Part shown: positions 10,525-21,700 of the stretch, one piece after another
Position numbering within the stretch: position 1 is the first letter of the stretch
Layout: each line of letters opens with the position of its first letter
Origin: Candidatus Poribacteria bacterium
Lineage (GTDB): Bacteria; Poribacteria; WGA-4E; WGA-3G
Assembly: GCA_009843785.1 (NCBI GenBank)
Contig: VYCT01000135.1
Span: 1 to 59,321 of the forward strand
Direction: 5' to 3'
Length of the DNA stretch: 59,321 nucleotides
Program-made: the position numbers and the translations under genes
The notes under the pieces: model-generated
Seen by the model: the letters and a program-made list of their open reading frames with translations, nothing else
The model's database searches: none
What the model was told of the DNA's origin: nothing

Positions 10525-10553
10525 TTGACTGCTAAGCGATGATGTGATACACT
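10525..10553 (+). promoter_or_regulatory. Sigma70-type promoter for AAA paralog 1
   Basis: TTGACT-17 nt-TACACT with extended -10 TG. Confidence 0.55.
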
Positions 10554-10633
10554 TAACCGAGAGTCGATACCCTATCGCGTCGGGCAGCCAAGCCACAGTT
10601 TAACGTGCTTTAACAGTGGAGAAAAGGGTGTAC

Positions 10634-12259
10634 ATGAAACGTTTTGGAACCGAAGGACGCTTGTATCCTGAAGATCACTACATCGTCCCACGCACAAAAG
10701 AGACTGCCGATTTCATAGACCGCATCAAGCAGGGCAAATATGTCGTCCTTTTTGCGCCGCGCCAGACCGGCAAAACAACCTTCTTTCGATTGGCACTTGA
10801 CGCACTTACAACTGAAGATTTAACATATTTCCCGATTCAACTGAACTTTGAGGAGTATGAAGACGCTACCCTCGCTGATTTTTATGCATGGTTCTATGCG
10901 GACATTCGCAAAGAAATTGAGAAAGTTTTCAAAAAACGTGAAGAGATGCCTTCTGAACCGCTAACGCGATTCTTAGAGAATACAAAGATAATTGATCATG
11001 TTTCAACAAGAATGTTCTTTGAAAAATTGGTGGATTTTCTAAAAAATCAGAAAGTTGTGCTTCTCATTGACGAGTTTGATGCTATTCCCCGGGGTGCTGT
11101 GAAGGGATTCCTGCGTTCGCTACGCCGTATTTATCTCTCTGGTAGGGAGCGATGCCCTCACAGTGTCGGCATTGTCGGAGTCCAGAACATCATTCAACTC
11201 AACTACGACAGGTCCATCTCGCCGTTCAATATTCAGGATGAGTTCCATCTACCCAACTTTACACTTGAACAAGTTACAGAACTGCTTGGACAGTATACGG
11301 AGGCGGTCGGTCAAGGGTTCGCTCCTGAAGTTATGGCATCTATTCATAAGCAGACGGCTGGTCAACCTGTGCTTGTCAATCGGTTGGCACAAATTCTTAC
11401 TGAAGAGATGGATATCCCGAAAACTGAGACGATTGCGATGGAACATTGGACGGTAGCACATACACGACTCCTCCGTGGACGGAATACCAACATTGAACAT
11501 CTGACGGCCAATATCCGCAGGAATCCACGTTTTGAAAGCGTTCTGATGCGGATTATGGCGCGTGATGAAGGCGTAGACTTCAATCTCGACGATGATATTA
11601 TCAGTGAACTCGCTACCTATGGTGTTATTAAAGAGGGTACTGATGGTATGTGTGAGATTCTCAATCCGATTTATCTCTACCGGATTATGAGGGCGTTCAA
11701 GCCACTCGTAAACGGGTTAGAGCAAGAATACTTCCCAGAAGATACCGACGAAGCACTTCATGAGTATCTCACATCTACGGGGCAGATTGAAATGGAGGCG
11801 TTACTGGATAACTTCCGAGATTTCATAGCACGGGCAGGTTTCAGAATTTTGCAGGTGCCGGATACGCCGCAAGAATCGGTAGGACGACACCTCTTACTTG
11901 CCTATCTTGACGAGTTTGTTAGACGTATCGGTGGTGTCATGCACATAGAGGTGCAAACGGGTCGTGGCAGAATGGACATCCTCATCACGCACAATCAGCG
12001 AAAATACATCGTCGAAACAAAGATTTGGCGGGGCGAGAGCCGCTATCAAGCAGGCAAGCAGCAGCTCGCCGCGTATCTCACATTGGAGGGGGCAACGGAA
12101 GGCTACTATGTTGTCTTCGATCATCGCCAAAAACCGGAACCTCGCGTGGAGACTGAGATACTCGAAGGGGTGGCAATCCGGAGCTACGTCATACCTGTGG
12201 TGCAAGAACGCCCTTCAGCTGTTCACCCTACTTCTGAAACTCGCGAATCAGACCAATGA
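10634..12259 (+). CDS. AAA-like ATPase / C-terminal PD-(D/E)xK nuclease protein, paralog 1
   Basis: Walker A APRQTGKTT, Walker B LLIDEFD, C-terminal GRMDILI...IVETK; start aligned with the other paralogs (MKRFGT). Confidence 0.85.
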   Translation: MKRFGTEGRLYPEDHYIVPRTKETADFIDRIKQGKYVVLFAPRQTGKTTFFRLALDALTTEDLTYFPIQLNFEEYEDATLADFYAWFYADIRKEIEKVFKKREEMPSEPLTRFLENTKIIDHVSTRMFFEKLVDFLKNQKVVLLIDEFDAIPRGAVKGFLRSLRRIYLSGRERCPHSVGIVGVQNIIQLNYDRSISPFNIQDEFHLPNFTLEQVTELLGQYTEAVGQGFAPEVMASIHKQTAGQPVLVNRLAQILTEEMDIPKTETIAMEHWTVAHTRLLRGRNTNIEHLTANIRRNPRFESVLMRIMARDEGVDFNLDDDIISELATYGVIKEGTDGMCEILNPIYLYRIMRAFKPLVNGLEQEYFPEDTDEALHEYLTSTGQIEMEALLDNFRDFIARAGFRILQVPDTPQESVGRHLLLAYLDEFVRRIGGVMHIEVQTGRGRMDILITHNQRKYIVETKIWRGESRYQAGKQQLAAYLTLEGATEGYYVVFDHRQKPEPRVETEILEGVAIRSYVIPVVQERPSAVHPTSETRESDQ

Positions 12260-12288
12260 TTCGTTTCCTACCCTCTACAGAATTTCTG

Positions 12289-12317
12289 TTGACACGCCCC
12301 GGCAAATAGCGTATACT
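12289..12317 (+). promoter_or_regulatory. Sigma70-type promoter
   Basis: TTGACA-17 nt-TATACT upstream of the sialidase-family gene. Confidence 0.65.
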
Positions 12318-12378
12318 TTTAGCGTCGTTTGATAGGAAAACAGCGCAGTAATTCAATTGATAACGGAGGCGTACCTGC

Positions 12379-13416
12379 ATGGCGAATTCAACACAGTTAT
12401 CAGCTCAACATCAGTTTGTCTACAAAGAACCCGGACGGTTCGCGGGCTGGCCCGCTAACGGCGGTATCTGGCATTGGGAGGATGAAATCCTTGTCCAATT
12501 CCAGATCGGTGCCCACGATGATAGCGGCGGTGGACACGCCATTTCCCGTGAAGAGCCAAGTCGCCAGATTCTCGCTCGAAGCTTAGATGGCGGTGAAACT
12601 TGGGCGCATGAAGAGATTGAAGTCCGCCCATCGGAGTCCACATCCATAGATTTCGCGCATCCAGATTTCGCGATGCAGTGCAACGGAAGCAGGTTCCGTA
12701 TCTCTTATGATCGTGGTAAAACATGGATCGGCGATTACGATTTACCGGAGGTCCGGAATAAATTAACTTCACGCACCGATTACCTCGTCAACAGCACGGA
12801 CGATTGTCACTTCTTCCTTTCAGCGAAAGAAGAACGCGTGCAAGCAGGTATTCAAGATCGGGCGTTCTGTGCGAGAACCACAAACGGCGGTGAAAGTATT
12901 GAATTCGTCAATTGGATAACGGATAACATTGAAGTCCGTTCCGTGATGCCTTCAACCGTGCGGATATCAGAGACGCATCTGGTGACAGCACTCCGCCGCC
13001 GACACGACACAAAACAAGATGACGGGACTCGGCTGAGTAAAAACTGGATTGAGATTTGCCATTCAACGGACAACGGAACGACATGGGCCTTTCTCAGTAA
13101 AGCCGCGGATACTGACGGTGGGGCTGGGAGGAATGGAAATCCGCCGAGTATGGTTCGCTTGAAGGATGGCAGGCTTTGCGTTACTTACGGTTATCGGTCA
13201 ACGCCTTACGGAATCCGAGCGAAGTTCAGTGAAGATAACGGAAAAAGTTGGGGGAATGAAATCCGCCTACGCGATGATGCCAGAAACTGGGATTTGGGGT
13301 ACACGCGTACAATCCAACGTTCGGATGGAAAACTGGTGACACTCTACTATTACACCACCGCTGCAAATCCTGAACAGCATATTGCCGCTACAATCTGGAC
13401 GGTAGATGCCAAGTAA
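12379..13416 (+). CDS. Sialidase-family (BNR/Asp-box) protein
   Basis: Asp-boxes SLDGGETW, SYDRGKTW, STDNGTTW, SEDNGKSW; DLGY near the C-terminus. Confidence 0.85.
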   Translation: MANSTQLSAQHQFVYKEPGRFAGWPANGGIWHWEDEILVQFQIGAHDDSGGGHAISREEPSRQILARSLDGGETWAHEEIEVRPSESTSIDFAHPDFAMQCNGSRFRISYDRGKTWIGDYDLPEVRNKLTSRTDYLVNSTDDCHFFLSAKEERVQAGIQDRAFCARTTNGGESIEFVNWITDNIEVRSVMPSTVRISETHLVTALRRRHDTKQDDGTRLSKNWIEICHSTDNGTTWAFLSKAADTDGGAGRNGNPPSMVRLKDGRLCVTYGYRSTPYGIRAKFSEDNGKSWGNEIRLRDDARNWDLGYTRTIQRSDGKLVTLYYYTTAANPEQHIAATIWTVDAK

Positions 13417-13532
13417 GTAGAGTGCCGGTCCTAAGCAATATTAAGAAATAAATTTTAGGCTTTGAGGAAGTGAAGGAAGGCTGGAAAAATGCCATGTTCG
13501 CTGCCTTGGGCGAATTCGAGGTAGATAACGTT

Positions 13533-13931
13533 ATGAAAATTAGAGTAACCTCCATTTTTGTTCAAGATCAGGAAAGTGCGTTAAAATTTTATACTGAAAA
13601 ATTGGGATTTGTTAAGAAAAGGGACATTCCCTTAGAAAATGGTGACAGATGGCTTACAGTCGTATCAAAAGAAGAACAAGACGGGACTGAACTTTTGTTA
13701 GAACCATTGTCTGATAATCATTTTGGGCCCGCCAAAACGTATCAAGAAGCTTTATTTAATGCAGGGCTTCCCTGTACCCAATTCAGTGTGGAAAACGTTC
13801 AGGAAGAATATGAGCGATTAATCAACCTTGGTGTCGAATTCAGTGTAGAACCTACTGACATAGGAACAACAATTTTTGCTATTTTCAATGATACTTGCGG
13901 AAACAATATTCAGATCGTAGAAATTGAGTGA
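13533..13931 (+). CDS. VOC/glyoxalase family protein
   Basis: SIFVQDQESALKFYTEKLGF and FNDTCGNNIQI motifs; likely start MKIRV. Confidence 0.85.
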   Translation: MKIRVTSIFVQDQESALKFYTEKLGFVKKRDIPLENGDRWLTVVSKEEQDGTELLLEPLSDNHFGPAKTYQEALFNAGLPCTQFSVENVQEEYERLINLGVEFSVEPTDIGTTIFAIFNDTCGNNIQIVEIE

Positions 13932-14053
13932 GGGTCGAAAAATAGGAAGACTGGAAGAAGTGCTTGTGTTCACTACCTTACTGGGGGATGAAAGTGTCTA
14001 TTTATTTTTCGGTTTAGTATAATTAATATTGAAACTTGCTCAAACGAGGAATT

Positions 14054-14908
14054 ATGGAAAACAATTTTGAAGTTAAGGTAAATGCCAAAACGCATCTGGT
14101 TGTTGAAAGCAATACCGGCAGATATTTGGGCGGTGTCGGTGCGAACTTTTATCGTCCGTTTGTCTTTCCATTTTACACACCGGCAGGACAGACCGTCGTT
14201 CAGGAGTTCGCCTTCGATCATCCGTTCCACAACGGCATTTTTGTTGGACAAGGACCGGTTCAAGTCGGCGATAGGGAAGCAGGTTTCTGGGCATCGCCGC
14301 CCCGTCGTTCTTGGACGGATAAAGTCTTTGAGAGATTGGGACGGATGGATACACAAAAGGACATTGACATCACGCCACACACCGATGGTGTCCAATTCGT
14401 TCAGAACGTTGTCTGGCGGGACGAAAACGAAGAACCGTTGATTGACGAAATGCGTACTGTCAATCTTCACGCCCTTGCGGATGCCACTATCTGTGATATG
14501 ACGAGTGAGAAGATCGCCACTTACGGTGCTGCGACGTATCCACAGACGAAGTTCGGGAGCATCGGTATCCGCGTTGAACCGAGACTTCTGCCTGTCATGG
14601 GGGGGATTGTGTTGGGCGACAACGGACGCAGTGGAGGCGTTGAGGTCGTCCACGAAGGCGAATCCGATTTCGTCGCTTACCAGAACATATTGGCAGGGCA
14701 TGGCGCGTTCGGTGTCTTTATGAGTATCCTTAATGAAGGCGTTCGGGGACCGTGGTTCATTCGCGATTACGGGATGGCACTCTATAATCCAACTTGGACA
14801 GGTGCCGTATCAACACCTGAAGGTGAGAGTTGGACAGTTTCGCTTCGGGTTATCGCTTACGATGGAGAATTGACACCCGCGCGCGCGGAAAAGTGGTGCC
14901 TGCTGTAG
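14054..14908 (+). CDS. PmoA-like / DUF6807-type hypothetical protein (probably sugar-binding fold)
   Basis: RPFVFPFYTPAG, DHPFHNGIF and PWFIRDYG motifs; GAGG RBS before MENNF. Confidence 0.7.
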   Translation: MENNFEVKVNAKTHLVVESNTGRYLGGVGANFYRPFVFPFYTPAGQTVVQEFAFDHPFHNGIFVGQGPVQVGDREAGFWASPPRRSWTDKVFERLGRMDTQKDIDITPHTDGVQFVQNVVWRDENEEPLIDEMRTVNLHALADATICDMTSEKIATYGAATYPQTKFGSIGIRVEPRLLPVMGGIVLGDNGRSGGVEVVHEGESDFVAYQNILAGHGAFGVFMSILNEGVRGPWFIRDYGMALYNPTWTGAVSTPEGESWTVSLRVIAYDGELTPARAEKWCLL

Positions 14909-16525
14909 ATGGAAAAAGAAAACATCCTTGAACTTCGGAATGTTACGAAAACCTTCGGTGATCTTGTCGCCGTTGACAGCGTCGATTTTGCGCTCCAAGC
15001 GGGTGAAATTCACGCGATTTTAGGGGAAAATGGTGCCGGAAAGTCCACACTGATGAATCTTATCTATGGGCTTTACCAGCCATCGGCAGGACGTATCTAT
15101 GTTACAGACCGTGAAGGGTGGCGACGTAGGTTCCGGGCAAAGTCGCCGCGGGATGCAATTGTTAGCGGGATCGGCATGGTGCATCAACATTTTATGTTGA
15201 TCGAAAATCTCTCTGTCGCTGAGAACATCGCATTGAGCCTTGGGCAAGTGCATCCGAACACCACAGGGAACGCATTTAAAACCGGCGATCATAAGAAATG
15301 GTTAGGCAAATTCCTTTTCAAGAAAGAGGAGGCTGCCCAAGTCACACAAGCACTCTCGGAGCAATTCGGTCTCGCGGTTGATCCCACTGCGCTGGTGCGA
15401 ACCCTTTCGGTCGGTTTAAAACAACGCGTGGAAATCCTAAAAGCATTGGCAGTTGATGCTCGGATTCTCATCCTTGACGAACCGACGGCTGTTCTAAGTC
15501 CGCAGGAAGTCGAAGGCTTCTTCACAATTCTCCGAAAACTCCAAGCCGATGGTCGCGCCATCATTTTCATTAGTCACAAAATGAAAGAGGTTTTAAACAT
15601 CAGCGATAGGATTACCGTTTTACGGCGCGGCAAAAAGGTCTATCTCGGTCCGACGGGTGAACTGACTGCCCGGGAACTCGCGCGGGAGATGATCGGCGAA
15701 GAAATCAACGAAGTTGAACGCTCAGGAGACGCGTCCCTCGAAAATGAGACATCAGACAGCGTGCTGCAACTCTCACATCTGACGGTACGTGGCAGTCGTG
15801 ACGAAATCGCGGTTTCAGATGTTTCTATGGCGACCCATCGCGGTGAAATCGTCGGTATCGCTGGCGTTGATGGCAACGGACAGCGCGAACTCGCCGAAGC
15901 GATTATGGGGTTACGGCACAGCGAATCCGGGACAATAAGCATCTTAGGCACCGATCCGAAAGGGACAAAGGCGGTACGACGGCGCGGGGTCGGTTATATC
16001 CCGGAAGATCGACAAACGACGGGTGTTATCGCGTCGTTCTCAGTTACAGAAAACCTTTTGTTGAATGTAACGCACTTGGCAAACACGGCACCACGGTGGA
16101 ATGTCCTCAATCAAAGAAGAAAACGGAACACCACAGAACAACTTATCGCGGATTATGACATCCGTCCGCCTATCGGTAGCATCCCTGCCGGCACACTCTC
16201 TGGGGGCAACCAACAAAAAATTGTCCTCGCCCGAGAAATCTCGCTTCACCCCGATCTACTTATCGCCGTTAATCCGACACGCGGTTTAGATGTCAACGCC
16301 GCTCGCTATGTCCATGAGAATTTGTTGGCACAGCGCAATCAAAGCAAGTCTGTCCTGCTCATTTCAACAGAGTTAGATGAAGTCCTCCTCTTGAGTGACC
16401 GGCTCTTTGTGATGTCGAGGGGTAAGTTGATCGAAGCAACGGCGCAACGCAATGATATTGAAGCACTCGGATTGTTAATGACGGGACAAACCCATAAAGA
16501 TTTTGGTGATAGCCTAAAAACATGA
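14909..16525 (+). CDS. Sugar/nucleoside ABC transporter ATP-binding protein (two NBDs)
   Basis: GENGAGKST, ILDEPT, LSGGNQQK. Confidence 0.93.
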   Translation: MEKENILELRNVTKTFGDLVAVDSVDFALQAGEIHAILGENGAGKSTLMNLIYGLYQPSAGRIYVTDREGWRRRFRAKSPRDAIVSGIGMVHQHFMLIENLSVAENIALSLGQVHPNTTGNAFKTGDHKKWLGKFLFKKEEAAQVTQALSEQFGLAVDPTALVRTLSVGLKQRVEILKALAVDARILILDEPTAVLSPQEVEGFFTILRKLQADGRAIIFISHKMKEVLNISDRITVLRRGKKVYLGPTGELTARELAREMIGEEINEVERSGDASLENETSDSVLQLSHLTVRGSRDEIAVSDVSMATHRGEIVGIAGVDGNGQRELAEAIMGLRHSESGTISILGTDPKGTKAVRRRGVGYIPEDRQTTGVIASFSVTENLLLNVTHLANTAPRWNVLNQRRKRNTTEQLIADYDIRPPIGSIPAGTLSGGNQQKIVLAREISLHPDLLIAVNPTRGLDVNAARYVHENLLAQRNQSKSVLLISTELDEVLLLSDRLFVMSRGKLIEATAQRNDIEALGLLMTGQTHKDFGDSLKT

Positions 16526-17604
16526 TGCTAAAAGTAGCCAACATATTTAAAAGAATCAACGTTCACTGGGTGGTGACGCCGGTTCTAATTCTCGCGAGTG
16601 CGTTTGTTACAAACGCCATTATAATGCTGCTCTGCGACTACAACCCGTTAGCGGCTTATCAAGCAGCGGTGAGTGGCGCATTTGGGAATAGTCGGAAATT
16701 CGGAGAAACCTTGGTGAAAAGCACGCCGTTTCTGATGACGGGGCTCTCTGTTGCGATGGCGTTTCGGTGTGGGATTTGGAATATCGGTGCTGAAGGACAG
16801 TTCTTGATAGGTGCGTTAGCAGCGACGTGGTTTGGAACGAAACTTGCACCACTTTTCCCTGAAACGCCTTGGATTGCTGTGCCGATATGCCTCGGTATTG
16901 CGACGCTTGCAGGGGGGATATGGGGACTTATCCCCGCAGCGCTCAAGGTGACACGCGGTGTCAACGAAGTTATCAGTACGATCATGTTGAACTACGTCGC
17001 GCTCCATCTGGTGAGTATGATGATAGATGGCGGTCCGTTGCAAGAAGCCGCACAACGCGGGCCGCAGAGTGATCGGATCGCCGAGTGGGTATTTCTACCC
17101 CGGCTTTTCCCACCGCATCGGGTCCACCTCGGCATCGTTATCGCTGTCGTCTTAGCGATTGTCCTGACCTTTATCCTCTTTCGGACAGCGTTTGGGTACC
17201 AACTCCGCGCAGTCGGCGAAGGCGCGGCTGCAGCGGAAGCAGCGGGGATTTCGATTATGCATAACACGCTCCGCGTCTTTTTCATTAGCGGGGCACTCGC
17301 CGGACTCGGCGGCGCGATTGAACTCACCGCACTCACCCGCCGACTTTTTCTCAATTTCTCACCCGGATACGGTTACACAGCGATTGCGGTTGCCCTGTTA
17401 GCGAAGCTAAATCCATTGGTAACGGTTGCTGCTGCCTTGCTATTTGGCGCGCTATCGACCGGTTCATACAGTATGCAGCGAACGGTCGGCATCTCGGACA
17501 AAGTGACATTTGTGATGCAAGCAACAATTCTGCTTTTTGTTATCGGTTATAGTTCTGTGCAGCTGTTCCACAAGCGTACATCTGCACATTCCGAGGGGGA
17601 ATAG
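16522..17604 (+). CDS. Nucleoside-type ABC transporter permease
   Basis: WNIGAEGQ, NEVISTIMLNY, GYGYTAIAVALL; multiple TM segments. Confidence 0.9.
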   Translation: MMLKVANIFKRINVHWVVTPVLILASAFVTNAIIMLLCDYNPLAAYQAAVSGAFGNSRKFGETLVKSTPFLMTGLSVAMAFRCGIWNIGAEGQFLIGALAATWFGTKLAPLFPETPWIAVPICLGIATLAGGIWGLIPAALKVTRGVNEVISTIMLNYVALHLVSMMIDGGPLQEAAQRGPQSDRIAEWVFLPRLFPPHRVHLGIVIAVVLAIVLTFILFRTAFGYQLRAVGEGAAAAEAAGISIMHNTLRVFFISGALAGLGGAIELTALTRRLFLNFSPGYGYTAIAVALLAKLNPLVTVAAALLFGALSTGSYSMQRTVGISDKVTFVMQATILLFVIGYSSVQLFHKRTSAHSEGE

Positions 17605-17716
17605 TTATCAGTTATCGGTTTTCGGTTAAGAGGTGAATGTACATCATAAAATTTTTCTCTTAACTGACGACTGATGACCGAAAGATTTTTTGAAAAAAGA
17701 ATCGTACTGACAACTA
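17604..17716. repeat. Heptamer-armed palindromic repeat (family A)
   Basis: GTTATCA GTTATCG GTTTTCG GTTAAGAGG ... CTCTTAAC TGACGAC TGATGAC CGAAAGATTTTTTGAAAAAAGAATCGTACTGACAAC. Confidence 0.8.
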
Positions 17717-17725
17717 TTAAAAAAC

Positions 17726-18649
17726 ATGTTTGAAGAAGTACTTTCGGCGACGATACGCGGGGCAACCCCGCTTTTATTAGCAGCGTTAGGCGAGGTGATC
17801 TCCCAACGCGCAGGTGTGCTGAACATCGGCATCGAAGGCATGATGCTCATCGGCGCGTTTTTTGGGATGGTCGGTTCCTTTTACACGGCGGAATTCGTCA
17901 TGTTCGCGCCGTGGTTCGGGCTGCTGATGGCAGGACTCAGTGGACTTATTGCTGCCGCGCTCTTCGCGTTATGTGCCATCAGGCTCCGTGGTGACCAAGT
18001 GATCATCGGTACAGCGATGACGCTCTTGGCACTCGGGTTGACAGAAGTCATCTATCAACGGCTTTTCGGTGCGACGGGGATCGCTAAAGGCGTGCCGGCG
18101 TTCCAGCAGATCAACATCCCGATGCTCTCCGAAATCCCTGTCTTAGGGCATGCCTTGTTTTCACACAATATCCTCGTTTTCATTGCGTTTCTGCTGGTGC
18201 CGTGCGTCTATTTTTTCCTCTACCACACGCAACTTGGACTCAGGATACGGGCGTGTGGCGAACATCCGAAGGCGATTGCCACCGTCGGTGCTAATGTGCG
18301 CCGCTTGAGAACGCTTTGTCTACTCTTCGCCGGTGCGATGGCGGGTATCGCAGGCGGGTATCTCTCTCTCGCTGATGTTCCCTATTTTACACCGGGGATG
18401 ACAGTCGGGCGCGGATTCATCGCTTTAGCGATCGTTATTTTCGGGAAATGGCATCCTGTGAAGGCGTGTGGTGCTGCGTTGCTCTTCGGACTCGGTTCCG
18501 CACTCGATGCGCGGTTCCAAGCATTGGGCTGGGATATCCCCTACCAGTTGTGGCTGATGTTACCTTATGTGCTCTGCTTAGCGGTACTGGCAGGATTCGT
18601 TGGACGTGCTGAGGCACCCCTCGCCTTAGGAAAACCCTACAGGGAATAG
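17726..18649 (+). CDS. Nucleoside-type ABC transporter permease 2
   Basis: GVLNIGIEGMML, GRGFIALAIVIFGKW, MLPYVL, ALGKPY. Confidence 0.9.
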   Translation: MFEEVLSATIRGATPLLLAALGEVISQRAGVLNIGIEGMMLIGAFFGMVGSFYTAEFVMFAPWFGLLMAGLSGLIAAALFALCAIRLRGDQVIIGTAMTLLALGLTEVIYQRLFGATGIAKGVPAFQQINIPMLSEIPVLGHALFSHNILVFIAFLLVPCVYFFLYHTQLGLRIRACGEHPKAIATVGANVRRLRTLCLLFAGAMAGIAGGYLSLADVPYFTPGMTVGRGFIALAIVIFGKWHPVKACGAALLFGLGSALDARFQALGWDIPYQLWLMLPYVLCLAVLAGFVGRAEAPLALGKPYRE

Positions 18650-18797
18650 CCGTCAGCCATCAGCAGCAGTTAAGAGAGGCCTGGGGGTCCCAAGGTTTCT
18701 GGTGGCATCTATAAGTTGATGGAATACCACAACAAACCTCTTTAACTGATAACTGACAACCGAAAGATTTTTTGAAAAAAAATCGTACTGAGAACTA
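18649..18797. repeat. Heptamer-armed palindromic repeat (family A) between convergent genes
   Basis: GTTAAGAGAGG ... CCTCTTTAAC TGATAAC TGACAAC CGAAAGATTTTTTGAAAAAAAATCGTACTGA, near-identical tail to the 17604 copy. Confidence 0.8.
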
Positions 18798-21700
18798 TTA
18801 AAAAGTACTGCCGAGGCGGACATGTCCTCTTCTTGTATCGGGTGAACTCGGAACGGATACCAGCGGAAATGCATAGTCAAGCCCAAATGTGAACGCCCCA
18901 AAATCCAAATAGAGTCCAGCCCCGACAGCGGACGGCAAACGCGTTAAACTACGCTCAATATCTGCGAGTGAACCCCAGACGTTGCCAGCATCAAAAAAGA
19001 AGGCACCGCGGACCACCGAATAGATTGGGAACCGTAATTCCGTATTAAAAATGAATTGGACATCACCACGGTAGATCCCTGTGATACCTTTGGGACCGAG
19101 GGAGCGCTCGGCGTAGCCTCTGACCGTCGTGCTGCCGCCTGCCCAAAACCGCTCAAAAGAGATGAGTTCCGCGCGGCGGTTTGAGCGCAAGCCTGTAGTA
19201 ACACCGCATCGAACCGCGGTCGCCAATACGAGACTGCCGATGAGTTTTTGGTAATAGCGAGTATCTGTCGTCGTTTTAATAAAGCTGGTTTCGCCTTGCA
19301 AGAATCCACCCGCGTATTCGAGTGTCATCTCGTTGAACATGCCGCCTATCGGATTCAGATAGCGCATACGACGGTCGTAAGTCCAAGAGAAGCGTAGACT
19401 ACTCACGGTTGTGCTGAATGGGTTCTGTTCTTCAGGTAAACGGAGCTCCGGCGGTGCCCCTTGCCCTATCGGTGGCACCGGTTGGTTCAAATCTCTGTAA
19501 CTGTATCGCAAATCCAAATGATGCGATCCGCCTAATTTCCTGCTAAGGATGAAACTGCCTTGGAGGGCGCGAACATTGTCATCTATCTCTAACTTCTTAG
19601 CAGATAACCGTAAGGTGCCCCGCGTCCTGCCAATCAACCACGGTTCTGTGAGTCTTGCATCGACGAGGTAACCCAATTCATCACGCCACCCTAATCTACT
19701 GAGGAAGCGTCCTCGAATGTTCCGTTTAAAAAGGAAGTTGCTATTCGTTAGTTCCAGCGTCCCATTCCAACCTTCTGCGAAACTATAGCCACCGCCATAA
19801 CTATAGGTTCTCGGTTGCTGCTTTTCAACTGTTACTTTAACGTCATAGGTTCTCGGAATAACGTGAGGTGTCTCTCCGTCAGGCGTCTTTACACCATCGT
19901 TCTCTTCTCTCTTTTTCGGTTCGCCGGGTTCTGCTTGAACCCTACCAAAAATCCCTAAGCTGGAGAGGTTTTGCAAGGCACGGCTTAATCTGTCAGATGT
20001 CCAAAGCTCCCCCTCAAGGTGTGCGACTTCCCGTTTGAGAACGTGTGTTTTCACAATGTCCGTATCGCCTTCAAAATAGAATTTACCGAATGTTACCCGC
20101 TCACCCTCAGTCTCGACAGTAAGATTGAGGATACCGTGTTCAAACACCTCAAGATGTGTCGCTTCCTGTTTAAGGGTATAGCGTGGATTGCCCTCAATAT
20201 CTTGGATGCTCCAGCGGGTACTGATATTCGGGGCTATGGAAAGTCCTGTGAGTGTCAGATTGTGCTTTTTAAATTCATCGCGGATTTCTAAAGAGAGGTT
20301 ACCCTCCGAAAGAGATTCCGAAAAATTACCTTCTACTTCAAAAACTGGTGTTTCTGAGATGTATGTGTCATCAACCTGTACGTCAATGTATCCACGTTCA
20401 CGATACGCATTACGGACTGCATCTTGGTAGACAGTTCTTTCAAACACAGCATTCGGTTGTGGTAACTGAAGTTCGCTTTCCAAAGCTTTCAGCAGCGTGG
20501 CAGTATCTATCGCGCGATTACCGCTGATCGTACATCGGTGAATCATCTCTTTTCGATCTTCAACAACTGAGACATGTATTGCGACCTCACCAATGTTTCG
20601 ACCATTTACGGGCTGCTTTTCATCTGTTATCTCAATGACGGCGTTACGATAACCGGCTCTCTCATATAAAATACGAAGGCGATGTTCATCCTTCTCAAGG
20701 TCGTCTTCATAAAAAAAGCGTTTCTGTTCTCGCCGCGATAAGAATCTGGCAATAAGATTCGAGAGTCGCAGACTCCCCAGAAATCCGACTGTCGGTTTCA
20801 CTGTCATTTCTCGCAGTAAGTCCGCGTCCGGAAAAGCGCGGTTCCCTGAAAAAGATACACTCCTAACCTTATAACGGGTCCCAGGATTAATCGTCAGTTG
20901 AACGCTGGCGGCATCCGAAGTTTTCTCTTGCACAGTCGTCCCATGATAACCTTCGTCTTCAAAATAGGTTTTTATCCGTCCTTCCCACAGAGAAGATGCC
21001 CCTGTACTTATCACCTCGGCTATATCTGCTGTGAAGGTATCTTGTTGGGATAAAGAGAATTCACCCGTCCCCAAAAGAAAATTAAACTTGACCTGCTTGC
21101 CCTCCTTGATGTCAAACTGCAACAGACCCGTTTCAGGTGTAAAGGTCGGCACGATGGTGGCAGTCGGATAGTTGTTTTTACGGTAGAGGGCTTCCATCGC
21201 TGCCACATCAGTGTCAACATTAACTTTGTTGTAAACCGGATAGCGGATGCTGAAGCCACAAGCTCCTTTGAGGCTGTTGGTTGAGATAGCGAAATTCCCT
21301 TGAATTTGCAACCTTTTGATCGTTGATGGGGCACCTGGGGTTATCTGATAGGTTAATACGCCATCTTCGGTAAGCACATCGGCAACCGTAACTTGCGCGT
21401 CAAAATAGCCATGGTCCCTGCAAATCCGTTTGATATAGATAATATCTGATTTGGCAATTGCAGGGACATATCTCGCCCCCGGCTTCGATTTTACTGCATT
21501 TTCAATAGCCGACCTGAATTGGCTCGGCGGGATGCCGGTGATAACAACCGCTGTAATGAGATCAAAAGATGTGAGTTGATAGGTTAACGCAACGCCGTTG
21601 CGGTGCTCCTGTGCGTAAACATGGATTTGGGAATATTGCTGTGTCGCGTAGAGTCTCTTAATACTCTGTTGAATCGCGTACGGAGACAATCTGTCCTCAA

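Noticed and set aside
11460-12010. DGR template/variable repeat pair with 55610-56160
   Set aside because: Differences are mostly synonymous and not adenine-specific, both copies are coding, and no reverse transcriptase is in the window.
14054-14908. Methane monooxygenase subunit PmoA
   Set aside because: Soluble protein without TM helices; the family name is a misleading label and no pmoBC is present.
17604-18797. Family A repeats as a CRISPR array or integron attC sites
   Set aside because: Dispersed rather than tandem with regular spacers; they flank housekeeping operon genes, and there is no cas or intI gene.
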